A DNA stretch of 55,403 nucleotides from NCBI GenBank assembly GCA_025927595.1, contig JAICLD010000001.1:1-55403 (forward strand), given 5' to 3'. Within the stretch, counting starts at the first letter, position 1, and the number at the start of each line of letters is the position of its first letter. The DNA is from Nocardioidaceae bacterium (lineage in GTDB: Bacteria > Actinomycetota > Actinomycetes > Propionibacteriales > Nocardioidaceae). Under the pieces are notes generated by a model, which searched no databases, was not told where the DNA came from, and saw nothing but the letters and a program-made list of their open reading frames with translations. Both the position numbers and the translations under genes were made by a program. Of the stretch, positions 18,206-28,590 are shown one piece after another.

Positions 18206-20377
18206 CTACGCGGACGCCACCTTCTGCTTGCGGCTGGCCCGGCGCCGGTGCAGGATCGGCTCGGTGTAGCCGCTGGGCTGCTCGATCCCCTCGAACACGA
18301 GGGCGCGGGCGGCCAGGAACGCGTCGCCGTCGAAGTCGGGCGCCATCGGCACGTACGCCGGGTCGCCGGCGTTCTGCTCGTCGACCACGGCGGCCATCCG
18401 GCGCAGCGTCTCGTCGACCTGCTCGGCGCCGACCACGCCGTGGTAGAGCCAGTTCGCCACGTGCTGCGCCGAGATCCGGCAGGTGGCGCGGTCCTCCATG
18501 AGCGGCTCACCGGTGATGTCGGGGACCTTGGAGCACCCGACTCCCGCGTCGATCCAGCGGACGACGTACCCCAACAGGCTCTGCAGGTTGTTGTCGAGCT
18601 CGGCCTGGCGGTCCTCCTCCGACCAGTCGGCCGGGTCGCCGAGGGGGATCGTCAGCAGCTCGGCGCGTGTGGACCGCCGGCTGCCGCTCAGCTCCTCCTG
18701 CCGGGCCCGTACGTCGACCTGGTGGTAGTGCAGCGCGTGGATGGTGGCCGCGGTGGGCGAGGGCACCCAGGCACAGCTGGCACCGGCCTGCGGGTGGGCG
18801 ATCTTGGCCTCCAGCATGTCCGCGAGGCTGTCGGGCGCCGCCCACATCCCCTTGCCGATCTGCGCGTGTCCGAGCAGGCCGCAGGCCAGCCCGATGTCGA
18901 CGTTCTGGTCCTCGTAGGCCTTGATCCAGGTCTGCGACTTCATGTCGCCCTTGCGGACCATGGGGCCGGCCAGCATCGAGGTGTGGATCTCGTCGCCGGT
19001 GCGGTCCAGGAAGCCGGTGTTGATGAACGCGACCCGCTCGCGGGCGACCTCGATGCAGGCCTTGAGGTTCGCCGACGTCCGGCGCTCCTCGTCCATGATC
19101 CCGACCTTGATCGTCAGCGGCGGGAGGCCGAGCACCTCCTCGACCCGGGAGAACAGGTCGACGGTGAACGCGACCTCGTCCGGGCCGTGCATCTTCGGCT
19201 TGACGACGTACATCGACCCGGTCCGCGAGTTCGACAGCCGCGACCCGCCCCGCAGGTCCGGCAGGCTGCCCAGCCCCGCGACGAGCGCGTCGAGGATCCC
19301 CTCGGGGACCTCGTTGCCGTCCCGGTCCAGGACCGCGTCGGTCGTCATCAGGTGGCCGACCTGCCGGATGAACAGCAGCGACCGGCCGGGCAGGGTGACG
19401 GTGCCGCCGTCGGGGGCCGTGCAGGTGCGGTCGGGGTTCAGCGCGCGCGTGAACGTCTTCCCGTTCTTGGTGACCTCCTCGGCGAGCGTGCCCTGCATCA
19501 GCCGGAGCCAGTTGCGGTAGCCGAGGACCTTGTCCTCGGCGTCGACGGCCGCCACGGAGTCCTCGAGGTCCATGATCGTCGACACCGCCGCCTCGAGCAC
19601 GAGGTCCTTGACGCCGGCCGCGTCGGTCGACCCGATCGGGTCCTCGCGGTCGATCGCGATCTCCACGTGCAGGCGGTGGTGCACGAGGACGACCGCCTCG
19701 GGCGACTCGGCGGAGCCGCGGTACCCGACGAGCTGGGCCGGGTCGGCGAGACGGGCGACGTCACCCTTGACGGTGACGGCCAGTCCCTCGGCGTCGACGG
19801 TGTAGGCCTCGGCGTCGGCGTGCGAGCCGCTCGCCAGCGGGAAGTGCTCGTCGAGGAAGGACCGCCCCCGGGCGATCACCTCGGCCCCGCGGACGGTGTT
19901 GTAGCTGGACCCGGGGGCGAGGTCGCCCTCCTGCGAGATCACGTCCGTGCCGTAGAGCGCGTCGTAGAGCGACCCCCAGCGCGCGTTCGCGGCGTTGGTG
20001 GCGAACCGCGCGTTGAGCAGCGGGACGACCAGCTGCGGTCCGGCGATCCGGGAGACCTCGTCGTCGACGTTCGCGGTGGTGACCTCGACGTCGCCCGGCT
20101 CGTCGAGCAGGTAGCCGATCTCGGTCAGGAACGCCAGGTAGGCGTCCTGGTCGGGGCGGCCGGGGTGCTCCCGGTGGTACTCGTCGATGCGCGCCTGGAT
20201 CTCGTCCCGGCGCGCCAGCAGCTCACGGTTGCGGGGTGCGAGGTCGTGGATCACCGCGTCGGCGCCCGCCCAGAAGGCGTCCTCGTCGACCCCCGAGCCC
20301 GGAAGCGCCTCCTCGCGCACGAAACGGTGCAGGGCCGCCGCCACGCTGAGTCCGCCGAGCTGCACACGGTCGTCCAT
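18206..20377 (-). CDS. glcB: Malate synthase G
   Basis: 723 aa; [69 protein letters not shown]. Confidence 0.97.
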   Translation of the reverse strand: MDDRVQLGGLSVAAALHRFVREEALPGSGVDEDAFWAGADAVIHDLAPRNRELLARRDEIQARIDEYHREHPGRPDQDAYLAFLTEIGYLLDEPGDVEVTTANVDDEVSRIAGPQLVVPLLNARFATNAANARWGSLYDALYGTDVISQEGDLAPGSSYNTVRGAEVIARGRSFLDEHFPLASGSHADAEAYTVDAEGLAVTVKGDVARLADPAQLVGYRGSAESPEAVVLVHHRLHVEIAIDREDPIGSTDAAGVKDLVLEAAVSTIMDLEDSVAAVDAEDKVLGYRNWLRLMQGTLAEEVTKNGKTFTRALNPDRTCTAPDGGTVTLPGRSLLFIRQVGHLMTTDAVLDRDGNEVPEGILDALVAGLGSLPDLRGGSRLSNSRTGSMYVVKPKMHGPDEVAFTVDLFSRVEEVLGLPPLTIKVGIMDEERRTSANLKACIEVARERVAFINTGFLDRTGDEIHTSMLAGPMVRKGDMKSQTWIKAYEDQNVDIGLACGLLGHAQIGKGMWAAPDSLADMLEAKIAHPQAGASCAWVPSPTAATIHALHYHQVDVRARQEELSGSRRSTRAELLTIPLGDPADWSEEDRQAELDNNLQSLLGYVVRWIDAGVGCSKVPDITGEPLMEDRATCRISAQHVANWLYHGVVGAEQVDETLRRMAAVVDEQNAGDPAYVPMAPDFDGDAFLAARALVFEGIEQPSGYTEPILHRRRASRKQKVASA

Positions 20378-20392
20378 ACCGGGCCTCCGAGA

Positions 20393-20458
20393 TTCCGAAT
20401 CGTGGAAGATATATTTCACTTTCGGCGTGACTCTAGGGGCCGGGGGCTGTCCCGGCAA
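20393..20458 (-). promoter_or_regulatory. glcB promoter TTGCCG-N17-TAGAGT with downstream IclR-type operator
   Basis: -35 at 20453-20458, -10 at 20430-20435 (minus strand); palindrome TTCCGAATCGTGGAA at 20393-20407 in an AT-rich patch. Confidence 0.65.
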
Positions 20459-20484
20459 GATGCGCGGTCCGCGTGGCGGACGGC

Positions 20485-20910
20485 TCAGGCGTCGGACGCG
20501 CTGAGGGAGAAGCCCGTGCCGGTGACGGCCGCGCTGCAGACGGCCTCGTCCTCGGCGCCGGTGCCGCCACTGGCTCCCAGCGCGCCGAGCAGCGTGCCGT
20601 CGCGGTAGACCGGCACGGCCCCGGTCTGCGGGGTGAACCGGCCGTGGGTCATCGCGGTGACCGCGCCGGCGAAGTTCGGCATCGGCGCCATCTTCTCCTT
20701 CTGGGCGTCGCTGGGCACCCCGTACGCCGCCGCGGTCCAGGCCTTCCCCTGCGCCACGTCGGCGCTGACCCAGGGAGCGCCGTCCATGCGGGCGAACGCG
20801 AGCAGGTGGCCGCCGGCGTCCATGACCGCGAAGGACATCGCCAGTCCCCGGTCGGTTGCGGCGGCCCGTGCAGCGGTGCAGAGGTCGTTGGCCTCGTCGA
20901 GTGTCAGCAT
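20485..20910 (-). CDS. glcG: GlcG/HbpS-family heme-binding protein
   Basis: [37 protein letters not shown]; adjacent to glcB. Confidence 0.82.
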   Translation of the reverse strand: MLTLDEANDLCTAARAAATDRGLAMSFAVMDAGGHLLAFARMDGAPWVSADVAQGKAWTAAAYGVPSDAQKEKMAPMPNFAGAVTAMTHGRFTPQTGAVPVYRDGTLLGALGASGGTGAEDEAVCSAAVTGTGFSLSASDA

Positions 20911-20992
20911 GCCCGCCAGTCTGCGGCATGCCCGCCCGGCGCCAGGGTAAGGACCCGGCAGACCCGTTCCGACCCTGGAGGAACCGAACCCC

Positions 20993-22027
20993 ATGCTCTG
21001 CCCGCGTGACCGTGGCCCGCTGAGCGCGATGGTGCGCCTGGCGCTCCTCGGCACCGAGGACCTGGACCTCGAGCGCTTCACCCGGCTCGCCGACGACGTA
21101 CCGGCGGAGGGGGTGCTCACCGACGCGGACCTGCAGCTGGCCCTGTGGACCCTCTACGAGCCGCACTACGGCGGCTTCGAGGACGTGCCGGCGGACCGGG
21201 AGTGGGACCCTCGCCTGCTCGCCGCCCGCGGGGTGCTCGAGCGCCGCGTCGAGGCCGAGCTGCGGCGCCGGACCGGCGACGCCGTGGCCGCGGGACTCGC
21301 GGCCGAGGGCCCGCTCGGGGAGCGCATCTTCGACGTCGTGGCGGCCGACGACGGCCCGAAGGTCGCCGCCTACCTGCACCGGCACGCGACCAGCGAGCAG
21401 GTCGTGGACTTCCTGCGTGAGCGCACCATCTTCCACCTCAAGGAGTCCGACCCCCAGGCGTTCGTGCTTCCGCGGCTGCAGGGAGCGCCGAAGGCGGCGC
21501 TGGCCGAGCTGCTCTACGACGAGTTCGGCGGTGGCCGGCCCTCCCGCCTGCATGCCTCGATGTTCGCCGACGGCGTCGCCGCGGCGGGCCTGGACCCCCG
21601 GTACGGCGCATACGTCGACGACGTCTCGGCCACCACGTTGGCGGTGAACAACGCGATGTCGCTGCTGTGCCTGCACCGGCGGCTGAGGGGCGCCGCCATG
21701 GGGCACCTCGCGGCCTTCGAGGCCACCAGCTCGGTGCCGTCCCGCAAGATCGCCGCCGGGATCCGGCGCGTGGGGCTGCCCGAGGTCGTGGCGGCCTACT
21801 TCGACGAGCACGTCGAGGCCGACGCGGTCCACGAGCAGCTGGCCGCCCGCACGATCTGCGGCGGCCTCGTCGAGCAGGATCCGGGCCTCGAGGAGGACGT
21901 GCTCCTCGGGGTCGCGGTGTGCCTGCACCTCGACGCGGTCGCCGGCGCGGAGCTGCTCGACCGCTGGAACCACGGCCCCGCGGTGGCTGCCGTGGCCGCG
22001 GACGGCCCGGAGCGGGTGGCGTCGTGA
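20993..22027 (+). CDS. Heme-oxygenase-like diiron enzyme (iron-containing redox enzyme family)
   Basis: HLKESDP, YDEFGGG...[26 protein letters not shown] Glu/His ligand pattern; GGAGG RBS. Confidence 0.82.
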   Translation: MLCPRDRGPLSAMVRLALLGTEDLDLERFTRLADDVPAEGVLTDADLQLALWTLYEPHYGGFEDVPADREWDPRLLAARGVLERRVEAELRRRTGDAVAAGLAAEGPLGERIFDVVAADDGPKVAAYLHRHATSEQVVDFLRERTIFHLKESDPQAFVLPRLQGAPKAALAELLYDEFGGGRPSRLHASMFADGVAAAGLDPRYGAYVDDVSATTLAVNNAMSLLCLHRRLRGAAMGHLAAFEATSSVPSRKIAAGIRRVGLPEVVAAYFDEHVEADAVHEQLAARTICGGLVEQDPGLEEDVLLGVAVCLHLDAVAGAELLDRWNHGPAVAAVAADGPERVAS

Positions 22028-22230
22028 CCGCCGGCGGCGCCGAGGGGCACGAGGTCGTCGCCGAGCTGTGCCCCCGCGGCCCGATGCTGCTGCGCGGGGT
22101 CTCGGCGGTGCGCGACGAGCACGGCGAGCTGCACGAGGCGACCCGTCCCGTGGTCGCGGTGTGCATGTGCCACCGCTCGCAGCGGCTGCCGTGGTGCGAC
22201 GGCACCCACAAGGCCGTCCGGCGTGACTGA
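22024..22230 (+). CDS. CDGSH iron-sulfur domain protein
   Basis: [16 protein letters not shown] fits C-x-C-x2-S-x3-P-x-C-D-G-(S/T)-H; GTGA overlap. Confidence 0.88.
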   Translation: MTAGGAEGHEVVAELCPRGPMLLRGVSAVRDEHGELHEATRPVVAVCMCHRSQRLPWCDGTHKAVRRD

Positions 22231-22843
22231 GACGCTGCGCTTCGGCGACCTCGACATCGCGTTCGACGACACCGTGCTGCGGCCGCGGCCGTGGACGCTC
22301 GAGCAGTCGCGCTGGGCGGCGGACCTGGTCGCCGCGGCACCGCCCGGGCCGGTGCTCGAGCTGTGCGCGGGCGCCGGCCACATCGGCCTCGCCTTCGTCC
22401 GGCTGACCTCGCGCCGTCTCGTGACGGTCGACGCCAACGGGTCGGCCTGCGTCATCGCCCGCGCGAACGCGGCCGCGGCCGGGTGCGCCGAGCGCGTCGA
22501 CGTACGCCACGGTGACATGCGGGAGGTCCTGGGCGCCGGCGAGCGGTTCGCGTTCGCGATCGCCGATCCGCCGTACCTCCGCTCCGCCGACACCGCCCGC
22601 TACCCCGAGGACCCGCTGACGGCCGTGGACGGCGGCGCGGACGGCCTGGCGCTGGTGCGGGTCAGCCTGGAGGTCCTCGACCGCCACCTCGTCGAGGGCG
22701 GCGGCGCGGTGCTCCAGGTCCTCGACGCGGCACAGGCGGACGCCGTCGCCGCCTTCCTGAGCGACGCTCCAGGGGCCCGGCTCGCCGTCGCCGGGGTCCG
22801 CGTCGTCGACGGGCACGGAGCGCTGGTGCACCTGCGCGGCTGA
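22223..22843 (+). CDS. HemK-like SAM-dependent methyltransferase
   Basis: [29 protein letters not shown]. Confidence 0.85.
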   Translation: MTETLRFGDLDIAFDDTVLRPRPWTLEQSRWAADLVAAAPPGPVLELCAGAGHIGLAFVRLTSRRLVTVDANGSACVIARANAAAAGCAERVDVRHGDMREVLGAGERFAFAIADPPYLRSADTARYPEDPLTAVDGGADGLALVRVSLEVLDRHLVEGGGAVLQVLDAAQADAVAAFLSDAPGARLAVAGVRVVDGHGALVHLRG

Positions 22844-22877
22844 GCGATCCGGACGGCTGCTGGTGTTGACTGCCCCC

Positions 22878-23672
22878 ATGGCAGGCGACCGGTCCGGGCA
22901 GATGCCGGGAGGCACCCAGGCGATCGGCCGGGCGCTGTCGGTGCTGTCCCTGCTCGCCGGGTCGAGCGGCGAGCTGAGTGCCGCGACCGTGGCGGCGGAG
23001 CTCGGCCTGTCCTCCGGGACCACGAGCAGGATCCTGCGAGCGCTGGTCGCAGCCGGCCTGGTCACGCAGAACCCGCGGACCGAGGGCTACTACCTGGGCA
23101 GCGGCGCGATCCTGCTGGGGCAGGCGGCGCAGCGGGTGCTGGGGCTGGACCGGGCGCTGCCGGTGCTCGAGCGGGTGAGCAGCGAGACCCGCGAGTCGGT
23201 CAACCTCGTGGTCCGCGAGGCCGACGAGTCCGTGGTGATGCTGCGGGTGCAGTCCACGCTGCCGCTGCGGTTCGAGCAGCACCCCGGGGCGCGCTTCCCG
23301 CTCTACACGACCGCGTCCGGCAAGGCGATCCTCGCCTTCTCCCCCGACGCCGAGGCCTACCTGTCCTCGCTGCCCGCGGAGCTCCCGCAGCTCACCCCGC
23401 ACACGCTGCGGTCCCCGACGGTGCTGCGCCGCCAGCTCGAGGAGACCCGCGAGCGCGGCTACAGCATCGACGACGAGGAGAACGTCGCCGGGGTGCGCTG
23501 TGTGGGCGCCCCCGTCCTCGACCCGGAGGGGTGCGCGCAGGCGGCCCTGGTGATCCAGGTCCCGACCGTGCGGATGCCCCCTGAACGCGTCGTCGAGCTG
23601 AGCGCGGTGGCCCGCGGGGCGGCTCACGAGGTCGGGCGGTACGTCCCCCTGGACCGGGCGCTCTCGCGCTGA
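22878..23672 (+). CDS. IclR-family regulator (close paralog of the IclR at 53.8 kb)
   Basis: [37 protein letters not shown]. Confidence 0.9.
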   Translation: MAGDRSGQMPGGTQAIGRALSVLSLLAGSSGELSAATVAAELGLSSGTTSRILRALVAAGLVTQNPRTEGYYLGSGAILLGQAAQRVLGLDRALPVLERVSSETRESVNLVVREADESVVMLRVQSTLPLRFEQHPGARFPLYTTASGKAILAFSPDAEAYLSSLPAELPQLTPHTLRSPTVLRRQLEETRERGYSIDDEENVAGVRCVGAPVLDPEGCAQAALVIQVPTVRMPPERVVELSAVARGAAHEVGRYVPLDRALSR

Positions 23673-23716
23673 TCCGACCGGTCCGGGCCGGGGTTCCCAA
23701 ACGGGGGACCGGCCCC

Positions 23717-23763
23717 TAGGGTGGAGGCTTCCCACATTGTGGGGACCGTCCCACATGGTGATA
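23717..23763 (+). promoter_or_regulatory. -10 TAGGGT followed by tandem IclR-type operators
   Basis: CCCACA-T-TGTGGG palindrome at 23731-23743 and a degenerate copy TCCCACATGGTG at 23749. Confidence 0.65.
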
Positions 23764-23775
23764 GGAGCGCAGACC

Positions 23776-25047
23776 GTGAGCCACCCCTCCCCCAACGAGT
23801 CCGTCTTCACCTGGGGCGCTCCGCCGCTCAAGTTCGGCACCGGCGCGCTCGAGGAGACCGGCCGCGAGGTGGCGGCCACCGGCGCGAGGAGCTGCCTGGT
23901 GCTGACGGACCCGGGCGTGGCGGCCACCGGGCTCGCCGACCGGGTCCGCGACCTGGCCTTGAAGGCGGGCGTCCACACCGAGGTCTTCGACCGGGTCGCG
24001 GTGGAGCCCACCGACGCCAGCATCGAGGAGGCGGTCGCCTTCGCGCGCCAGCAGGACCGGGACTGCTTCGTCGCGGTCGGCGGCGGCTCCTCCATGGACA
24101 CCGCCAAGGCCGTCAACCTGCTGACGACGCACCCCGGCGAGCTGCTCGACTACGTGACCCCGCCGATCGGCGGCGGCCGGGTGCCGGACGGCCCGCTCAA
24201 GCCGCTCATCGCGGTGCCCACCACCGCGGGCACCGGGTCGGAGTCCACGACCATCTGCGTCGTCGACTTCCTCGGCCTGCACCTCAAGGCCGGGGTCAGC
24301 CACGCCCGGCTGCGTCCGTCGCTGGCGGTCATCGACCCGCTGACCACGGTGTCGCTCCCGCCGCAGGTGACCGCAGCCAGCGGCATGGACGTCCTGTCCC
24401 ACTCGCTGGAGAGCTACACCAGCGTCCGGTTCGACGCCAAGCCGGCCGCCGAGGACCCGATGCGGCGCCCGGCCTTCTGCGGTGCCAACCCGATCAGCGA
24501 CGTGTGGTGCGAGATGTCGCTCCGCCTCGTCGGGCGCTACCTGCGCCGGGCGGTGATGAACGGCCGAGACCTCGAGGCCCGCTACCAGATGATGCTGGCG
24601 TCGACGTACGCCGGGACGGGGTTCGGCAACGCCGGCACGCACCTGCCGCACGCCAACGCCTACCCGATCGCCGGCGCGGTCGAGGACTACCGGGCCGAGG
24701 GCTACCCCGAGATGCCGATGGTGCCGCACGGCCAGGCGGTCTCGGCGACGGCGGCCTCGGTGTTCCGCTGGACCTACCCCGGGGACCCGCAGCGCCACCT
24801 GCGTGCCGCCGAGCTGCTGAGCGGGCAGACGTTCACCGCCACCGACGGCGCGGAGGCCCTCGCGCACGTGCTCAGCGAGCTGATGGCCGACATCGAGATG
24901 CCGCGAGGACTGCGCAGCTTCGGCTACGACGAGGACGACATCGACACGCTGGTGGCCGGCACGATGCAGCAGACCCGCCAGCTGGCGGTCGTGCCGAGGC
25001 CGGTGACCCCCGCGGCCCTGAAGGCCATCTTCCACGAGTCCCTCTGA
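23776..25047 (+). CDS. Hydroxyacid-oxoacid transhydrogenase-like iron-containing alcohol dehydrogenase
   Basis: GGGSSMD, PTTAGTGSE, DVLSHSLES, GANPISD insert, GNAGTHLPHANAYPIAG, PHG; AGGAG RBS. Confidence 0.85.
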   Translation: MSHPSPNESVFTWGAPPLKFGTGALEETGREVAATGARSCLVLTDPGVAATGLADRVRDLALKAGVHTEVFDRVAVEPTDASIEEAVAFARQQDRDCFVAVGGGSSMDTAKAVNLLTTHPGELLDYVTPPIGGGRVPDGPLKPLIAVPTTAGTGSESTTICVVDFLGLHLKAGVSHARLRPSLAVIDPLTTVSLPPQVTAASGMDVLSHSLESYTSVRFDAKPAAEDPMRRPAFCGANPISDVWCEMSLRLVGRYLRRAVMNGRDLEARYQMMLASTYAGTGFGNAGTHLPHANAYPIAGAVEDYRAEGYPEMPMVPHGQAVSATAASVFRWTYPGDPQRHLRAAELLSGQTFTATDGAEALAHVLSELMADIEMPRGLRSFGYDEDDIDTLVAGTMQQTRQLAVVPRPVTPAALKAIFHESL

Positions 25048-25094
25048 GCCGAGTCCCCCCGAGCCTGACGCCCCGACCCTCAGGAGCCCCCGTC

Positions 25095-26444
25095 ATGTCG
25101 CAGGACGACCTCTCCGTCGCAGCCCCCGCTCCGCCGACGATCCGGCGGGTGGCGCTCGCCTCCTCGCTGGGCGCCGTGATCGAGTGGTACGACTTCTTCA
25201 TCTACGGCACCGCCGCGGCGCTGGTGTTCAACAAGCTGTTCTTCGCCAACCTCACGCCGGCCGCCGGCACGCTCGTCGCCTTCGGGACCTTCGCGGTCGG
25301 CTACCTGGCCCGGCCGTTCGGGGCCGTCCTCTTCGGTCACATGGGAGACCGCGTCGGCCGCAAGAGGATGCTGATCCTGACGCTGGTGATCATGGGCACG
25401 GCGACGTTCGTGATCGGTCTGCTGCCGACGTACGGGCAGGTCGGGATCGTGGCGCCGATCCTGCTGGTCGTCATGCGGGTCTTCCAGGGCATCGGCGTCG
25501 GCGGGGAGTACGGCGGCGCGGTGCTGATGGCGGTGGAGTACGCGCCCACGGGCCGTCGCGGCTTCTTCGGCAGCTGGCCGCAGGTCGGCGTGCCCGGCGG
25601 CCTGCTGCTCGCGTCCGGCATGTTCAGCCTGCTCTCGCTGCTCCCCGACGACGCGTTCCTCAGCTGGGGCTGGCGGGTGGCGTTCCTGTCCACGATCGTG
25701 CTGGCCGGCATCGGTCTCTACGTGCGGCTCCAGGTCCTGGAGACGCCCGCGTTCTCCCAGGTGAAGGAGGCCCAGGACGAGGCTCGGATCCCGTTCGCGG
25801 AGCTGCTGCGCACGCAGCCGAAGGAGCTGCTCAAGGGGATGGGCACCCGCTGGATCGAGGGCCTGACCTTCAACGCCTACGCGGTCCTGGCGGTCACCTA
25901 CGCCACCGAGTACGTCCACGTGCCGAAGACCACGATCCTCAACGGCATCGTGCTCGGCGCGGCGGTCGGCTGCGTGATGACCCCGGTGTACGGCCACCTC
26001 TCGGACCGGTTCGGCCGCCGCAAGGTGTACGGCGCCGGGGTCGTGGGGATCGGGCTGTTCATCTTCCCGTCCTTCGCCATGATGCGCAGCGGGTCGACGG
26101 CGCTGATCTGGTTGAGCGTCGTCCTGGGCCTCGGGGTGGTGTACTCGGCGATCTACGCGCCGCTCGCGGCGTTCTGGGCGGAGCTGTTCGAGACCCGCGT
26201 GCGCTACACCGGGATCGGCTCGGTCTACCAGTTCTCCGGGATCTACGCGAGCGGGCTCACCCCCCTGATCGGCGCCTGGCTGATCCAGCGCACCGGCGGC
26301 GAGCCGTGGGCGTTCGCCGGGTACGTCGTCGTCATCGCCGTCCTCGGCCTGGTGGTGCTCGCGACCATGCCCGAGACCCACCTCAAGGACATCACGCCGA
26401 CGGGCGCGGCGCAGACGGCCCGCGAGGCGGTCGATCCGGCCTGA
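25095..26444 (+). CDS. MFS transporter, metabolite:H+ symporter (MHS) family
   Basis: IEWYDFFIYG, GDRVGRK, GGEYGG, WGWRVAF, SDRFGRR, ELFETRVRY. Confidence 0.92.
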   Translation: MSQDDLSVAAPAPPTIRRVALASSLGAVIEWYDFFIYGTAAALVFNKLFFANLTPAAGTLVAFGTFAVGYLARPFGAVLFGHMGDRVGRKRMLILTLVIMGTATFVIGLLPTYGQVGIVAPILLVVMRVFQGIGVGGEYGGAVLMAVEYAPTGRRGFFGSWPQVGVPGGLLLASGMFSLLSLLPDDAFLSWGWRVAFLSTIVLAGIGLYVRLQVLETPAFSQVKEAQDEARIPFAELLRTQPKELLKGMGTRWIEGLTFNAYAVLAVTYATEYVHVPKTTILNGIVLGAAVGCVMTPVYGHLSDRFGRRKVYGAGVVGIGLFIFPSFAMMRSGSTALIWLSVVLGLGVVYSAIYAPLAAFWAELFETRVRYTGIGSVYQFSGIYASGLTPLIGAWLIQRTGGEPWAFAGYVVVIAVLGLVVLATMPETHLKDITPTGAAQTAREAVDPA

Positions 26445-27327
26445 CCCCGACCACCGACAGCAGGGCCGTGACGCCCGGCGGGGTCCTCTCGGTCGCGCGG
26501 AGCACGGCCGACAGCGGGCGCCGCAGGGGCAGGTCGGACACCTCGACGCGGACCAGCTGACCGGAGCCGAGCTCGGCGTGCAGGGCCAGCTCCGAGAGCA
26601 CGACCGGGCCGATCCCCGCCATCGCGGCGGACTTCAGGGCGGTGTTCGACGCCATGGTCATGCCCACCGTCATCGTCAGTCCTCGCCGGCGCAGCGCGCC
26701 CTCGACGGTCTCCCGCGTGCCGGAGCCGGGCTCACGGACCAGCAGCGGCACGGCGGCGAGCTCGGCCGCGGTGACCTCTCCCCGGTCCGCCCAGGGATGC
26801 CCGGGCGGCACGGCCAGGACGAGCACGTCCCACCCGATCCGGCGCCGGCGGAGCCCCTTCGGCACCGTCGGGGACTCCACGAAGCCGACGTCGACGGCGC
26901 CCGAGGAGACGAGGTCGGCCACCTCCCGCGAGTTGTGCACCTCCATGGAGACCACGTAGTCGGGGCTGGTGCGGTGCAGCCGCGCCACCCAGACCGGGGC
27001 GTGGTGCTCGGCGATCGTCATGCTCACCGCTGCCCGCACCGACACCGCGCTCTGGGCCTGCAGCGCCCCCACGGACCGACGGAAGTCGTCGGCCGCCTCG
27101 AGCAGCGTCGAGGCCCAGTCGACGACGACCCGCCCGGTGGGCGTCAGGACGGTGCCCTGCCTGGTGCGGTGCAGCAGCTGCACGCGCATGGCGTTCTCCA
27201 GCGCCACCATCCGCCGGCTGACGCTGGGCTGTGAGAGCCCGAGCTCCTCGGCCGCCTGCCCGATGCTGCCCTTGCGCGCGACCAGGAGCAGCACGGCGAG
27301 GCTGTCCAGATCGGGGTACCGCGTCAT
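26392..27327 (-). CDS. LysR-family regulator, YeiE/CysL-like
   Basis: GSIGQAA..LGLSQPSVS HTH, SMTIAEH, DVGFVE, REPGSGTR; divergent from yeiH-like gene. Confidence 0.9.
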   Translation of the reverse strand: MTRYPDLDSLAVLLLVARKGSIGQAAEELGLSQPSVSRRMVALENAMRVQLLHRTRQGTVLTPTGRVVVDWASTLLEAADDFRRSVGALQAQSAVSVRAAVSMTIAEHHAPVWVARLHRTSPDYVVSMEVHNSREVADLVSSGAVDVGFVESPTVPKGLRRRRIGWDVLVLAVPPGHPWADRGEVTAAELAAVPLLVREPGSGTRETVEGALRRRGLTMTVGMTMASNTALKSAAMAGIGPVVLSELALHAELGSGQLVRVEVSDLPLRRPLSAVLRATERTPPGVTALLSVVGVRPDRPPRGPSAPRPSA

Positions 27328-27356
27328 GCACACAGCGTATGACGCGATAGGCAATC
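27325..27356. promoter_or_regulatory. LysR T-N11-A operator overlapping leaderless -10 (TACGCT) of the LysR gene
   Basis: CATAC-N7-GCATG ending at the LysR ATG; aligns base for base with 49220-49249. Confidence 0.65.
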
Positions 27357-27398
27357 GACGGCTACCGGCGGCGCCCCGGCTCGGGGAGCCTCGACAGC

Positions 27399-28436
27399 AT
27401 GACCACTCGTGAGCTGCAGCGCCCCGCCCCGCCGGCTCCTCACAGCGACACGGCTGCCCTGCTGCCCGGCCTGCTCGTCACCGCGGCCGGCGTCGCCGGC
27501 GCCTTCGGGGCCCACCGCCTCGTGGGGCAGGTCGGGGTGCTGACGTGGGCGGTGCTGCTCGGAGCCGCCGCCGCGAACCTCGACCTGCTCCCGGCGGTCG
27601 CGCGGCCGGGCCTGCGCGTGGCGACGAAGAAGCTGCTCCGCATCGGGGTGGTGCTGCTCGGGTTCTCGCTGTCGCTGGTGTCGATCGCCGCTCTCGGCGC
27701 TCCGGTCATCGCCCTCGTCGTGGTCACGCTGTCGACGACCCTGCTCCTCACGACCTGGGCGGGGAACAGGTTGGGGCTCGGCCACGCGCGCAGCCTCCTG
27801 ATCGGCACCGGCTTCGCGATCTGCGGCGCGTCGGCGATCGCGGCCATGGAGGAGAACGCCGAGGCGGACGACGACGACGTGGCGGTCGCGATCGCGATGG
27901 TGACGATCTGCGGCACGGTCGCCATGGTGACGCTCCCGCTGCTGCAGGGACCGCTCGGGCTGACCGACACCCAGCTGGGCGCATGGGCGGGCGCGAGCGT
28001 GCACGAGGTCGGGCAGGTCGTCGCGGCGGCGAGCCCCGCGGGCGCGGCCGCCGTCGGGGTGGCGGTCGTCGTGAAGCTGACCCGGGTCCTCCTCCTCGCG
28101 CCCGTGGTCGCAGGCGTGAGCGTGCTGCGGCGGCGCCGGGCCGCCGAGCACCCGGGCGCGGCCGGGGACGCCTCGCTGCCCCCGCTCGTGCCCCTCTTCG
28201 TCCTCGGCTTCCTGGCCTGCGTGGCGCTGCGCAGCACGGGCCTGGTGCCGGCGGCCGTCCTGACGGTCGTCGGCCAGCTGCAGACGGTCGCGCTCGGCGC
28301 TGCGCTGTTCGGCATGGGCACCGGCGTGCACGTGCCCACGCTGTGGCGCAGCAGTGGCCGGGCGCTGCTGCTCGCCGTCCTCTCCACGCTCGTCGTGGCC
28401 GGCGTCTCGCTCGTCGGCGTGACCGCACTGGTGTGA
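27399..28436 (+). CDS. YeiH/TauZ-family putative sulfite/sulfate exporter
   Basis: KKLLRIGVVLLG, GFAICGASAIAA, GASVHEVGQVVA, VKLTRVLLL, LFGMG. Confidence 0.9.
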   Translation: MTTRELQRPAPPAPHSDTAALLPGLLVTAAGVAGAFGAHRLVGQVGVLTWAVLLGAAAANLDLLPAVARPGLRVATKKLLRIGVVLLGFSLSLVSIAALGAPVIALVVVTLSTTLLLTTWAGNRLGLGHARSLLIGTGFAICGASAIAAMEENAEADDDDVAVAIAMVTICGTVAMVTLPLLQGPLGLTDTQLGAWAGASVHEVGQVVAAASPAGAAAVGVAVVVKLTRVLLLAPVVAGVSVLRRRRAAEHPGAAGDASLPPLVPLFVLGFLACVALRSTGLVPAAVLTVVGQLQTVALGAALFGMGTGVHVPTLWRSSGRALLLAVLSTLVVAGVSLVGVTALV

Positions 28437-28590
28437 GGGGTCACCCTCCCCCGTGGCCGGTGAGCGCCACTCAGCTCTTCCACACCGACGCCTGGCCGCC
28501 TCAGCCACCAGGAGCACCGCGCCGGGGTCGTGCCCGTCATCCGAACGTTCCCGTCCTGACCGGCTGCCGCCGGGCGAGGTCCCGCGGACG

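Noticed and set aside
18206-23065. 1619-aa ORF suggesting a giant malate synthase fusion
   Set aside because: Homology begins at ATG 20377, which has its own promoter and RBS; the extension overlaps glcG and is antisense to the diiron-enzyme operon
23721-26444. 907-aa ORF suggesting an ADH-MFS fusion
   Set aside because: The ADH is in another frame with its own stop at 25047; the MFS starts at ATG 25095 after an AGGAG RBS
28437-28590. Possible sRNA or small ORF between the yeiH-like gene and the xsc terminator
   Set aside because: No promoter, RBS or recognisable structure could be supported
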